DNA of 64,000 nt from positions 1,047-65,046 of the IMG/VR virus record IMGVR_UViG_3300021502_000037, one strand, 5' to 3'. Shown one piece after another: positions 20,701 to 28,992 of the stretch. The notes under the pieces were generated by a model. It was not told the DNA's origin, searched no databases, and was given only the letters and a program-made list of their open reading frames with translations. The DNA comes from a virus (lineage: Duplodnaviria; Caudoviricetes). A program made the translations under genes and the position numbers. Within the stretch, counting starts at the first letter, position 1. Each line of letters begins with the position of its first letter.

Positions 20701-23673
20701 GGGTATGTCCCTGTTACAATGGATGCGGACGGGACTGCTAATTTTTTGGATGGGGTATTAGATATACCTATAGAATTTCAGGTTATAGAGTGTGCTGTTC
20801 CTCCACGTAGTAGGGGTGGGGTAGCAGTTACTAATAAAATGTTACTTACATTGCATGTACAAATAACCAATAGGGATTTATTACCGGAGATTACAATTGG
20901 GTTTTGTAACTATGGTTTGTATAGGAGCTATGATGCAGCTAGTAGTGTTATAGCAGTATCGAATTTATACATAAATATAGATACATTTGATGAAGGCACT
21001 AATAAAGCGTTAGCTTATGCTTATGTAGATTTTTATGATATACCATCAGCAGGTATAGGGGCTTTATTTATTACATGTACAAATTATGAGGATGTTGAGT
21101 ATTGGGGGGTTGATAGTATAGAGTTAAGTAGTTATAGCTTAGGTGTGGATACCCCATCATCTTTTTCATGCTTTCAAAGGGATGGTAGTTATGTTATACA
21201 AGGGTCTACCACATCTTCTGGTGACGATTTTGAATACCTTTGTCCCACAGAACTTAGAACTATAGTAGAGTGCCCTGGTAGCGACCCATTTTTTTTTATA
21301 GAGCGCATGGGATCATCTATAAATGCAGATGGAGAAGTAGTGAAAAAAATGTTTTATTATAAGTATCAATATGATATAAAAACATCTGGTACAGTACATG
21401 ATAAAGTACATTATTATGATAATGTATCTATAAGAAGAATTAAAGTAATATTTGAGGGGTGGAGTGGTGACAGAAAAACACGTTTTAATCCACTTAGTGG
21501 TTTATACGAAGTTTTTACTGGTAGTTATTTACGAGAAATAGAAGTACATAAGTATAGTCCTGTAGGTATAAATGAGGTCTTCGATGAATTAGCATATAGT
21601 AATAAAGACACCGCGGAGTTGTTATTTACATCAGATTACCCTATTATGGCCCTTAATCTTGGTAAGCCTTATAATATAAAGGAAATTAAACCATATTTAC
21701 CAGCAAGTAGGTATGGTGACTTTTCTAGTAATCAATATGATGAATTTAGTCGTAGAACCTTACGTTGGTACACAGACGGTAATGATATTAGATTTTCCGA
21801 TTACATATTTGATAACCCAAGTAAAATTTTATTTGATAGTAAAGATGAAACACAGACGGTATATAATTCCGATAAATCTAGTGACATTATAGAGCCCCTG
21901 GTACAAGGGGATGGTACAACTACCGAGTCAGAAATTACTTATATATTTGAATATAATTTTTTTTTAGAGGGCGGGGTTTATAACATAAGTTTTGAAGCGT
22001 ATGATATTACGGAAGAAAGGAAGATAAGTATTTGGTTTGAAGGTAATACTAACTATGAATGTATTATAACTATTACTGGGAGCAGTTTAGATTGGATAGA
22101 ATGTAGAGGAACTGTTGGTATTGATACAAATGGTTATTATACTATATTAGCAAAACAAAATAGTAATTTTGATGAACCTTGGGGAATAAGAAATTTACTA
22201 ATTAATTTTATACAGGGATCAAATAAACAATGGGTAATGTTTGCCTGGAAAAATTTTTTTAATATGGTATTAACACCATCATTTACATTAGAGTATATAG
22301 AAATAAGGTCTATAGATGATTTAACCCCAACTTATAATAGTAATTGGTGGCATTCAATAGGCAGTGTTTTATCTACGGAGGAGTATAATTTAAAAGAGGG
22401 TAAGGCGGGTATAAGAATAGAATTACCTGGGAATAATGTACTTGATGTAATAAGGTATAGAGGTGGTGATTGTTTTACTCAAGATAAATATTGGTCAGAT
22501 AAAGATAAATTAACTTTTTGGTTATATATAAGTGATATAACAGCTTTGAAACTTGAGGAATGCTTTATTCTATATGGTATAGAAAATGCGGGTGTATTAG
22601 ATCAAGGTTTAATAATAGTTGATGTGGAGGAAATAACATATTATACTTGGCAGTTAAGTAACTGTACTCTTAGTAATGGGTGGAATAAAGTTGAATTATA
22701 TTTTAATGATTACTTTATGGTATTTCCAATGGATCCAATAAATGATTTCTATGTTAATAGTGGTATAGATAGTCTATTGGATTTCAATAATAAATTTGGT
22801 TTAAATTCTTTTAAATTTATTATACAATGTGAAGAACAAGCATGTTATATGGTATTAGATACTTTAAAACATGAGCGAACAGAATTTTTACCTGTAAAAA
22901 ATAATAATGGTGTTTATCTATCTGGTAATGAGTCGTTAATTTTTAATATAAATAATTTATCTTTAAAGCGCGGAACAGTGGAATTTGATATAAAATTGTC
23001 TTCTGATACTATAGGTGTGAATAGTTTTGGTTTAACCAACGCTGTAACTTTATTATCTATAGTCACAAATAACAATGAAATTATAACTTTACTTATAACT
23101 ATTGGAAAAGGGTTAAATGTTTGTATAGGTAAAATTGGTACAATGATGTTATTAACAGATACTTACATTTCTAATAAAAAAAATTCACCAATGTATATTG
23201 GAATAGATCAAGATGTAACTATAAAAATTGTATGGTCCAACGACGGTACAGAAATGGACAATTCGGATACATTTAGATTATATATGAATAATGAATGGGT
23301 GTACTCTGTTATTGATAAGTGGGCTATAACATCTAATTCTATAGATAGTATAGTTTTTGGAGGTACAGCAACTTCTTTTGCAGCTGTTAGTACAGATGGT
23401 AGTGGTATTTTTTCTAATATAAAAGTATATAATTATTGTAAAACAGATAATAATGTAATTGCTGATAGTATAGTAGCAAATGATTTTTTAGAGATATCTA
23501 AAGATAATGAAAATTTTTTAAAGCTGGGCGATAAAAATTTACCTATACAATACCCTGGAATAGAGCCAGGAGAAGCTATAACTGTATATGTTAGATCAAA
23601 TAAAGAAAATGATTCTACCATAAATAATGAAATGACTGGTAATTTAATAGCTAGTTGGACACTTATAGTTTAA
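14740..23673 (+). CDS. Giant multidomain putative tail/adhesin protein (discoidin/F5-8-like and LamG-like modules)
   Basis: 2977 aa. Contains NVAR...NVVNGD...W...YIEIDLG...IDEIKLYH (discoidin-like) and C-terminal GTVEF...IVW...FRLYMN...IVFGG...FSNIKVYN (LamG-like). Confidence 0.55.
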   Translation: MAFNILASARSIKNCYECMYDSLNFHKFEFTEKGNLRGWDLTSNVCLYGCWSEFLFGHSTDRKCYISREENFIHIEAEHQYIIKLTMRVINRNLDVLKGAGSLTTGRIQWVSIEESIWDDIKQKDFSIVADGKWHIYTLNMGPSTSWVGRINNLRIYPFIDGWEKDSFAISSIGLGGVEKYNCSNTNCSYNQYYSHPCKGAGSFGSITSKENLSEAYTTISGVNDIFSININNYGYENLSLGNNIDLNGIEIAALLNKKISDLGIGSYAYSVVEYINKCIKITSGAIGIDSNIKIAYNNAAVTLGFFNDTGEDISDYEIGSGCVDGYSCMSSAILTVDVLNRMVDGNIKSAAYTHVPSNYSVSSGRLDYYNVVSETMDYRTGDGLKKIAWNNRLNTIIDISHPINTNGKIHNIHISGKVYSDDQAKVFILRPLKNGKYKTIYTFNLKVKDSVQLSREIIFHSVECNVYVQKGDVLGFYNIDLFYSAGKKSTPDAVFFHIDGEISGTFNPGKLSNYGVAGFLYFCFSDTKQTNTIFDVDLGDRINIKNINILGSILNTDNTFNIGICNDIGFLCELYEEQHRHPQVGGAVIHNNKGYGLSALTDGVIVSLDGGVGDQYGVDSDGLWITGESSYFYVNGDEEFSTEEEDSDTMGGYMLDHRSIPEMFENDPVSLFLTWDYGFSIPINKVKIYFKEPYNFRNMELSYYLGAYNASGNATLEPYFNRIPNYNLVTLDNRPIEKDNNVYIYDNPTYAKPIFEYETCINADAVRVVSQTKWFGYECEFDSVDAYGFRIFSDYHKSTKISEIEVYTEFETENTISLCELLNVSCSKYGDLWSTVDFFEVSDGEFTGVISDSPRYVKFEFLAAQSIFQINELGCELDKNIKIEGCKETVLLESSKNLVINKATEFKLKNTYDISLDLDIDINKILKVPNRLLLHNIPDSYENISNSLIGPGGKIYKYNEPHEIKTVYNVCSSGAPIYTLKNLLVGKKYYYNIDNNGWHEGQTISVAGDVSQTIPDTGAINYGKGKNWKKNVLTFDNPVYGKYFEISLYSPSIISEIQLLKAYYINDILPIKNILIGRSDSVIDNRVPLNYNNINYDVEGEVVFHEEFNSTVLSSKWEKNKPHGWMYCGMGEEEKDTFMLIPTTSGLRFNKMSTACHFPNISMDLDYKLKGFELIIKQTPAPYFETYKSDKHVYHRDYVVDISKFHIYLLNSENEILYQYRHDSEVAESYYSHSFKVIGSHSITKSELTTVSRIEIGVDGNSNHYGDRDTFNLAIEEVEAFSPTVLDSPLVYTERALQSVTIKTVKEMDIHTKLYIEFEQEEYLTKLELYGDAFWLGLGDTGITPSTLPIVYVGKSTDGYIYDQLASTNTTDTVCGGFSYLTYKECMLMRLRKTLTNDGIKYVEMLTSVPEGEEKIFNYKRYIDSYPSNQGTYPTTANKEFMYSYRTRDIEFKYDITLGEYISCDFGSNGPYKFDEIEILASNSTYPMLITIYGRNSVDDEYEEVYTISDVLNYSGTTLNYRIIDGLGSTYYNRILITDLPDKGYRCYKFVFGRDSWKIHINHIDFKKNIQLNGGLVLTLEDCIEEIAIDIEKIHNIGWFSNKVFYGTDTSIIWGYNRYANSISNAPFIDIHSDNVFFSSSIVECPDEVMWGSQIDFTDDFSDGIYDDKWEFIRLNNEMLLEEDNKLSVYSYGNNTPNWYGPKITKYFDKTVAIDFIINLMCKAPDISKGRTTIDFKGAYGESILKLSIEIIDDEVTSSIYALEEIIYFDTTSISKSSLNSIRIVREIKPTKIKYFVSNTLIYEVETLVEEKVYSVDIIFEKYENAIVLNEHYIEFVSIVINSISDNVRWVKLLLEHNDINFYGTYIQNLCMYPTTSKVLTSEGEYNCEWEPFLYDITTLMQETSNVARHAIITTNYPDEFNYKAINVVNGDNTGKDGCWEFDILSDGSFPYIEIDLGDTYIIDEIKLYHGRRSADTDYINKITPKGYVPVTMDADGTANFLDGVLDIPIEFQVIECAVPPRSRGGVAVTNKMLLTLHVQITNRDLLPEITIGFCNYGLYRSYDAASSVIAVSNLYINIDTFDEGTNKALAYAYVDFYDIPSAGIGALFITCTNYEDVEYWGVDSIELSSYSLGVDTPSSFSCFQRDGSYVIQGSTTSSGDDFEYLCPTELRTIVECPGSDPFFFIERMGSSINADGEVVKKMFYYKYQYDIKTSGTVHDKVHYYDNVSIRRIKVIFEGWSGDRKTRFNPLSGLYEVFTGSYLREIEVHKYSPVGINEVFDELAYSNKDTAELLFTSDYPIMALNLGKPYNIKEIKPYLPASRYGDFSSNQYDEFSRRTLRWYTDGNDIRFSDYIFDNPSKILFDSKDETQTVYNSDKSSDIIEPLVQGDGTTTESEITYIFEYNFFLEGGVYNISFEAYDITEERKISIWFEGNTNYECIITITGSSLDWIECRGTVGIDTNGYYTILAKQNSNFDEPWGIRNLLINFIQGSNKQWVMFAWKNFFNMVLTPSFTLEYIEIRSIDDLTPTYNSNWWHSIGSVLSTEEYNLKEGKAGIRIELPGNNVLDVIRYRGGDCFTQDKYWSDKDKLTFWLYISDITALKLEECFILYGIENAGVLDQGLIIVDVEEITYYTWQLSNCTLSNGWNKVELYFNDYFMVFPMDPINDFYVNSGIDSLLDFNNKFGLNSFKFIIQCEEQACYMVLDTLKHERTEFLPVKNNNGVYLSGNESLIFNINNLSLKRGTVEFDIKLSSDTIGVNSFGLTNAVTLLSIVTNNNEIITLLITIGKGLNVCIGKIGTMMLLTDTYISNKKNSPMYIGIDQDVTIKIVWSNDGTEMDNSDTFRLYMNNEWVYSVIDKWAITSNSIDSIVFGGTATSFAAVSTDGSGIFSNIKVYNYCKTDNNVIADSIVANDFLEISKDNENFLKLGDKNLPIQYPGIEPGEAITVYVRSNKENDSTINNEMTGNLIASWTLIV

Positions 23674-23694
23674 AAACATAATAAGGATAGTTAT

Positions 23695-26600
23695 ATGGAT
23701 TATAATCTAGTTAGAAATTCACAATTAAGCTATGACTTTTTTAATAGCAGCAGGGTGTTTTCCACAACAGAAATATCATATATAGATGATAATGATATGT
23801 CTTTTGAAAAAAGTATACAGGTATCAGGAACAGAAAGTCTATGGTTTCTATCTGATTTTAATAAAAGAATAAAAATAGACGAGGTTAGGTTATATTTATA
23901 CTCATCTACAGCTTCAGGAACAGTATTAGACGGTATAAATTTTTATTATAAAGATTATACAGAGGATTCTTATACTTTAATTACGGATAAATATATTGGA
24001 AATGATAATTTTTATTATGGGAAAGTACCTTACCCTTCAGCCCCCATAGAAGTTAAAACTACTATAAGTGGTATAACTTGTAATATTTCGGAATATTTTA
24101 TTTCAAACGATGACTACGCAGTTGGGTTCGGTGAAGATGGTAATTTAAATAAAAAGTATATAACCAGATCCGATGATGCTAATCGAACACAACCTCAAAC
24201 AGTAGCTATATATAATAGAAATGTAAATGGTGTAAATGAGTTAACAGATGCTTATATATGCGTAGAATACACAGGTGAAATTGGGGACAATTATTTAAAA
24301 ATATCTACAGATAGTAATGGGGGGTATATAGGTATAGATGATGGAGTATTGATAGAAGGTAATAATATTACTAGTGATTATCAATGGGAGATGGGAAGTT
24401 TTTATAATACTAAAATAGATGTTGATAAATTAATATTAGATGCTATTGATTTAGACTATATGAGGGGGACTGTACCACATCCAGATTCTACATCTACACG
24501 ATTAAATTGGGGACCAAATTGTTTTGCTAAAGATGAGGTAGAAAAAGTTTTATATATAGTTGTACCAGATTATTATTTAAAATTATATAGGTATGATTAT
24601 TTTTTAGATACTTGGGAATTTATAGGGAAAATAAATCCAGGATGTAATTTTTTAAGTTTGTATGCATCGTCGGGGGCGTATAGTATTGCCAAAATGGGAA
24701 ACTATATTTATGTTCTTCTTAACTATGATGGTGAGTTTGGCAGGTATGATTTAAATGGATCAGAAAATAATTGGGAAGTTTTACAGTCAATAAATATTAT
24801 CACTCCTGTTCATACCTACGATAAATACACACTCTGTGGGGACTTGGATGAATATATATATACTATTAATAGTAAATATAGTGGTGATAGTATAGACAGC
24901 TCTTTTGCTAAATATAGTACTATTTCTGGAAGCGTTGCTGGGTGGGAACCATTAAGTGGAGGATATGACCACAGCCAAAGCTCATACGTACATATTTCGT
25001 TTACATATGATAATGATCATAATTGTTTTTATTATTTTAATGGGATTAATAATGGTTCGACTAAAGTACAAAAATACGATATTAATAGTAATACTTGGAA
25101 TAAAGAATGGCTTGATCCATTTGTTTATTCACCCTACTCTTATACATATCATATGAGTTATTTAAATAATTATTTATATATTTTAGTTGCGGGAGAATTA
25201 TGTAAATATAATGTTGAACTTTTTAACTTTGAAGTTATTCAACAAATAGTTGATGATGTCTATACTCTATATTATAATCAACAATCTATTGTTATTCTAA
25301 GGAGTGTATTTGACGAAGGGGATAATCTTGATTTCCTGTGGATAGGGACAAATATCCAGAGGTATTACAATCTAGATCGTATGTTTAGTTATAATAATGA
25401 ATTATTAAAAGGTAGTTATAAAACACCTATTTTTAATACTAGTGATGGTAATGAGTATAGTTATTTCTTAATAGACTGTACGCTTGAAAATAATACTAAT
25501 GTGACGTTTAATCTATATAACACAACAAATACTATGCGTTTAAGAAGTAGTAATATTTCTCCAATTCCATTAGAAAAACTTTTTTATGTAAAATCTTCAA
25601 AGTTAAGCTCCATTAATTTGTTTACCGATGGAGTTGATTCGGACGAATGTAATAGTAGTATGAATGGGTATAATTTTTCAGAGAATCATGTATACGACTA
25701 TGCAATTGATAGAAGGACCGGATATAGGGCGATTTCATATAAATATGCAAGTTCAACTCAGCATGGTTTGGATATGTATGATTATGAGGGCAATTTAAAA
25801 GAAAGAGCGCTTGATGATTATCCTGAAAGTAATTCTGATCATCCTTTTATGTTAGATATAATGACGTTTGACAATAACGATGGAATTTGGGGGTATTGTA
25901 GTTCTGAAAAAATAATTTTGCATTTTTCATCAACATTTTCGTTTATAGCAATAGTTACCGCAGAAGACGAAGGTGTGAGTAGTTATGGGTTTGGGCAGTT
26001 GTTATCTTATATGTGTGCAGGTTATTCTGCATCCTTATGGTATATTCAGACCGCGCGTGGAAAATTACGCCATTTAGATACTCACGGTAATTTAATAACA
26101 GAAACTGTATTAGATGAACCTATGATGATGGTTTCTAATGGTAATGGTGGGGTGTGGATATTACATAAAGACAATAAAGAAATTATTAAATATGCTGAAA
26201 ATCACGATGTTGAATTAGTAATTACATTGACTACGGATGTATTAAAGATGGCATCAGATTTAGATGGTGGTTTATGGTTTTCTCACGAATCAATATTACG
26301 ATATACAGATAGTTCTGGGACAGCAACTTATTCAGTTGAGATCAGCGCAGATTTTACATCTATTGAGGGTGGCCACTCTTCTTGTATTGTGTATAGTGAT
26401 ACAGTACAAACAGCTTATTATGTAAAATTAAATGAAGGCGTAGTTAAAGAGATAGTACTAGACGAGGCCCAACCTTTGGGCGTGAAATTTTTTTCTTATG
26501 GTAACGATGACATGTTTGAAAGTAAAACAAATTTATTACCGGTAAGTTATGATCCTTATTGGGGTAATTCTGGTAATATAGAGTGGGAAGAAGTACAATT

Positions 26601-26835
26601 AAATGGTTATTTTTTAGATAAAGTTAGATACTATCAATTAGAATTAACATTAAAAACCAGTTCGGCTTCTACAACCCCTACTGTTAATAAAATTAATTTA
26701 GTTCCAGGTATTAAACTTGTAGATATACCAAAAGGTGGTTTTAAAAATATTTATGTTAAATTAGATGTTCCAACAGACGAGAGAAATCAAACTTATAATA
26801 CTAAATTAAAATGTTGGTGGGAGGATAAGGAATAA
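23695..26835 (+). CDS. Beta-propeller-containing putative tail/baseplate protein
   Basis: Kelch-like LYRYD...W blades, followed by NHL-like D.dGGxW blades. Confidence 0.55.
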   Translation: MDYNLVRNSQLSYDFFNSSRVFSTTEISYIDDNDMSFEKSIQVSGTESLWFLSDFNKRIKIDEVRLYLYSSTASGTVLDGINFYYKDYTEDSYTLITDKYIGNDNFYYGKVPYPSAPIEVKTTISGITCNISEYFISNDDYAVGFGEDGNLNKKYITRSDDANRTQPQTVAIYNRNVNGVNELTDAYICVEYTGEIGDNYLKISTDSNGGYIGIDDGVLIEGNNITSDYQWEMGSFYNTKIDVDKLILDAIDLDYMRGTVPHPDSTSTRLNWGPNCFAKDEVEKVLYIVVPDYYLKLYRYDYFLDTWEFIGKINPGCNFLSLYASSGAYSIAKMGNYIYVLLNYDGEFGRYDLNGSENNWEVLQSINIITPVHTYDKYTLCGDLDEYIYTINSKYSGDSIDSSFAKYSTISGSVAGWEPLSGGYDHSQSSYVHISFTYDNDHNCFYYFNGINNGSTKVQKYDINSNTWNKEWLDPFVYSPYSYTYHMSYLNNYLYILVAGELCKYNVELFNFEVIQQIVDDVYTLYYNQQSIVILRSVFDEGDNLDFLWIGTNIQRYYNLDRMFSYNNELLKGSYKTPIFNTSDGNEYSYFLIDCTLENNTNVTFNLYNTTNTMRLRSSNISPIPLEKLFYVKSSKLSSINLFTDGVDSDECNSSMNGYNFSENHVYDYAIDRRTGYRAISYKYASSTQHGLDMYDYEGNLKERALDDYPESNSDHPFMLDIMTFDNNDGIWGYCSSEKIILHFSSTFSFIAIVTAEDEGVSSYGFGQLLSYMCAGYSASLWYIQTARGKLRHLDTHGNLITETVLDEPMMMVSNGNGGVWILHKDNKEIIKYAENHDVELVITLTTDVLKMASDLDGGLWFSHESILRYTDSSGTATYSVEISADFTSIEGGHSSCIVYSDTVQTAYYVKLNEGVVKEIVLDEAQPLGVKFFSYGNDDMFESKTNLLPVSYDPYWGNSGNIEWEEVQLNGYFLDKVRYYQLELTLKTSSASTTPTVNKINLVPGIKLVDIPKGGFKNIYVKLDVPTDERNQTYNTKLKCWWEDKE

Positions 26836-26838
26836 AAT

Positions 26839-27312
26839 ATGGATGCTGTTTATGTATCAAACAACTCATTCACTGTAGCAAATAATCATGTTGAAGAATT
26901 TATTTCTGGCCGGAGGTTAAAATTAAACTGTAGTAGTGACGGTATAAGATACTCAACAGTTACTTCATCTAGTTATTTTATTCCAAATACAACAGTTGTA
27001 ATTAATGAGGATGAATTAACCTCTAATTTATTATCGGTAGCTTATGGAGTTGTTCAACCAGGTGATTCTGGCAGCTTACCAGATCATATTCATAGTTCCG
27101 CAGAAGGTACTGGTGGATTAATAGATATAGATTTTATAGATTTAAATGATACACCAATAACTTTTTCCGGCTCGCAGGGAAAATATTTAATTGTAAATTC
27201 AACAGAAAGTGGGATAGGTTTTAAAGAACCAATAATTTTATACGGTACAGGTAGTCCACCACCAGCATTAAACTATGATGAAGGTACTGTATACTTCAAA
27301 TATACAAACTAA
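26839..27312 (+). CDS. Putative tail fibre-associated protein
   Basis: FIDLNDTP.TFSG..GKYL.VN..ESGI.F and GTGSPP...GTVYFKY motifs are typical of phage fibre proteins. Confidence 0.5.
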   Translation: MDAVYVSNNSFTVANNHVEEFISGRRLKLNCSSDGIRYSTVTSSSYFIPNTTVVINEDELTSNLLSVAYGVVQPGDSGSLPDHIHSSAEGTGGLIDIDFIDLNDTPITFSGSQGKYLIVNSTESGIGFKEPIILYGTGSPPPALNYDEGTVYFKYTN

Positions 27313-27324
27313 AGGAGTAATAAT

Positions 27325-28533
27325 ATGGCGTACCATTGTTTACATACAAATTCATTTACAGGTTACGAAGAAGCACTATCATTTATTTCAACATCTTTAC
27401 AAACTATGGGTTGGACATTATATGATGATGTAAGCTCTACTGAGAAAGTATTTACATCTACAGGGTCAGACAATCAGTTTGTTAATGCTTATGTACGAAT
27501 ATATATATCAACATATTTACAATTTAATGGTTATATGTGGTGGGACAATAGCACACATGCTGGTACAGGTAAAACTTATACACATTCCGCATATAATTAT
27601 ATTACTATTAGAGATAATCACTCTATAGTACTTTATGGAGATGAAGATGAGATAGTTATTTGGCACGCTGGAATTGTGAGTAATAGTAAGTGTATCGGGT
27701 TTGGATTTGTGCAACCATACATTGTTGGTTACACGGTAGCCTCTGGAATATCCTCTGGATCAAATATTATTGTTGATGTAGATAGCACAGCTAATCTTAT
27801 GACGGGTGCAAATTTAATGATAATTGGAAGTAGTACAGAAGGTAGAGATGCAGTAGAATTAAAAGAAATAATAAGTGATACACAAATAGAATTAACGAGT
27901 ACACCTAGAACATATGCTTCTGGGGCTAAAATAGGTCACTACCCCTGTACTTTTTATTGCTCTACAGCAAACTATAATTTTAGTACTACTGGTTTCCATT
28001 ATGTATGTGGGGCTGGAAGTGCATCAACTATTGATGGTGACTACTATGAGGTATATGTATCCGACGGTAGGTTTCATGCTACAAGTTCACAATTAGATCC
28101 AGAAGACTATTTAAATAAATACATAGTTCAACCATTTGGTTTAAAAGAGCAGTATACGCCATACAGTATAACTGGGTACTGTAAATATATAAAATATGCA
28201 CCGGTGGGAGCCTCCTCAGCTACAGGGTATGAGCCAATTTTATATTGTGTTGGTGAAGTGTTATTTAGTGGTACACCAACATCCACAACAAGTTCTGGTA
28301 TTATTGATATTGGGCACAGTTGGGGCACTGATAAGTTTAAAGATAAGATTATTGTAATTACATCTGGACCTGGATTAGGAGAAACAAGAAAAGTATCATA
28401 TAATAATAATGATACTTTATCTATAAATACTTTGTGGAGTACCTCTCCTGATAATTCATCTACCTATGAAATTTATAGTTCAGTTTATAGAAATTTTAGT
28501 TCCCATTTATGTATGAGTGAGATTATTGATTAA
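27325..28533 (+). CDS. Putative tail fibre/structural protein
   Basis: 402 aa, S/T/G/Y-rich. C-terminal W..D.F....I.ITSG.G.GETR...N....L.....W...PD.SSTY module is seen in virion proteins. Confidence 0.5.
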   Translation: MAYHCLHTNSFTGYEEALSFISTSLQTMGWTLYDDVSSTEKVFTSTGSDNQFVNAYVRIYISTYLQFNGYMWWDNSTHAGTGKTYTHSAYNYITIRDNHSIVLYGDEDEIVIWHAGIVSNSKCIGFGFVQPYIVGYTVASGISSGSNIIVDVDSTANLMTGANLMIIGSSTEGRDAVELKEIISDTQIELTSTPRTYASGAKIGHYPCTFYCSTANYNFSTTGFHYVCGAGSASTIDGDYYEVYVSDGRFHATSSQLDPEDYLNKYIVQPFGLKEQYTPYSITGYCKYIKYAPVGASSATGYEPILYCVGEVLFSGTPTSTTSSGIIDIGHSWGTDKFKDKIIVITSGPGLGETRKVSYNNNDTLSINTLWSTSPDNSSTYEIYSSVYRNFSSHLCMSEIID

Positions 28534-28539
28534 GGAGAG

Positions 28540-28820
28540 TTAATATGGCTATTAGAAACGCACTAATCATAGAACGGGATGACCTTTTGTGCGATCATTT
28601 ATTAATTGCACGTAGAGTTTATGGAAGTAAAATTAAATATAGAAAACATGCTTTTATATCTTTAGATAGTTTTGGAATAAAATTTAAATTTACGATGGAA
28701 ATAAATTAATATGGCTATTAGAAACGCACTAATCATAGAACGGGATGACCTTTTGTGCGATCATTTATTAATTGCACGTAGAGTTTATGGAAGTAAAATT
28801 AAATATAGAAAACATGCTTT
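28540..28820 (+). repeat. 115-bp exact direct repeat (28540-28654 and 28706-28820)
   Basis: Both copies read ttaatatggctattagaaacg...aaacatgcttt, offset by 166 bp. Confidence 0.95.
28545..28709 (+). CDS. 54-aa small protein, paralogue of the next gene (below the ORF-track cutoff)
   Basis: SD AAGGAG, then MAIRNALIIERDDLLCDHLLIARRVYGSKIKYRKHAFISLDSFGIKFKFTMEIN*. Confidence 0.55.
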   Translation: MAIRNALIIERDDLLCDHLLIARRVYGSKIKYRKHAFISLDSFGIKFKFTMEIN

Positions 28821-28977
28821 AGTAATTAAAATGGAGTTTATCGCTTCTGAAGATGTATTTAAGATATTAGTTAATTCTCAATGGGAAGATGTTATAGAAA
28901 CTAAAATAGTTATTAATGGTGAGTGGAAAAATGTAATAAGTTCACATATAATTGTAGATGGCGAATGGAAAAATTAA
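28711..28977 (+). CDS. Small tail-fibre-associated protein
   Basis: C-terminal VNSQW/INGEWK/VDGEWK repeats resemble phage fibre-tip motifs. Confidence 0.5.
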   Translation: MAIRNALIIERDDLLCDHLLIARRVYGSKIKYRKHALVIKMEFIASEDVFKILVNSQWEDVIETKIVINGEWKNVISSHIIVDGEWKN

Positions 28978-28992
28978 TTTAATAGGATATAA

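Noticed and set aside
28540-28820. Diversity-generating retroelement TR/VR pair
   Set aside because: The copies are identical with no adenine-specific mismatches, and there is no reverse transcriptase in the window.
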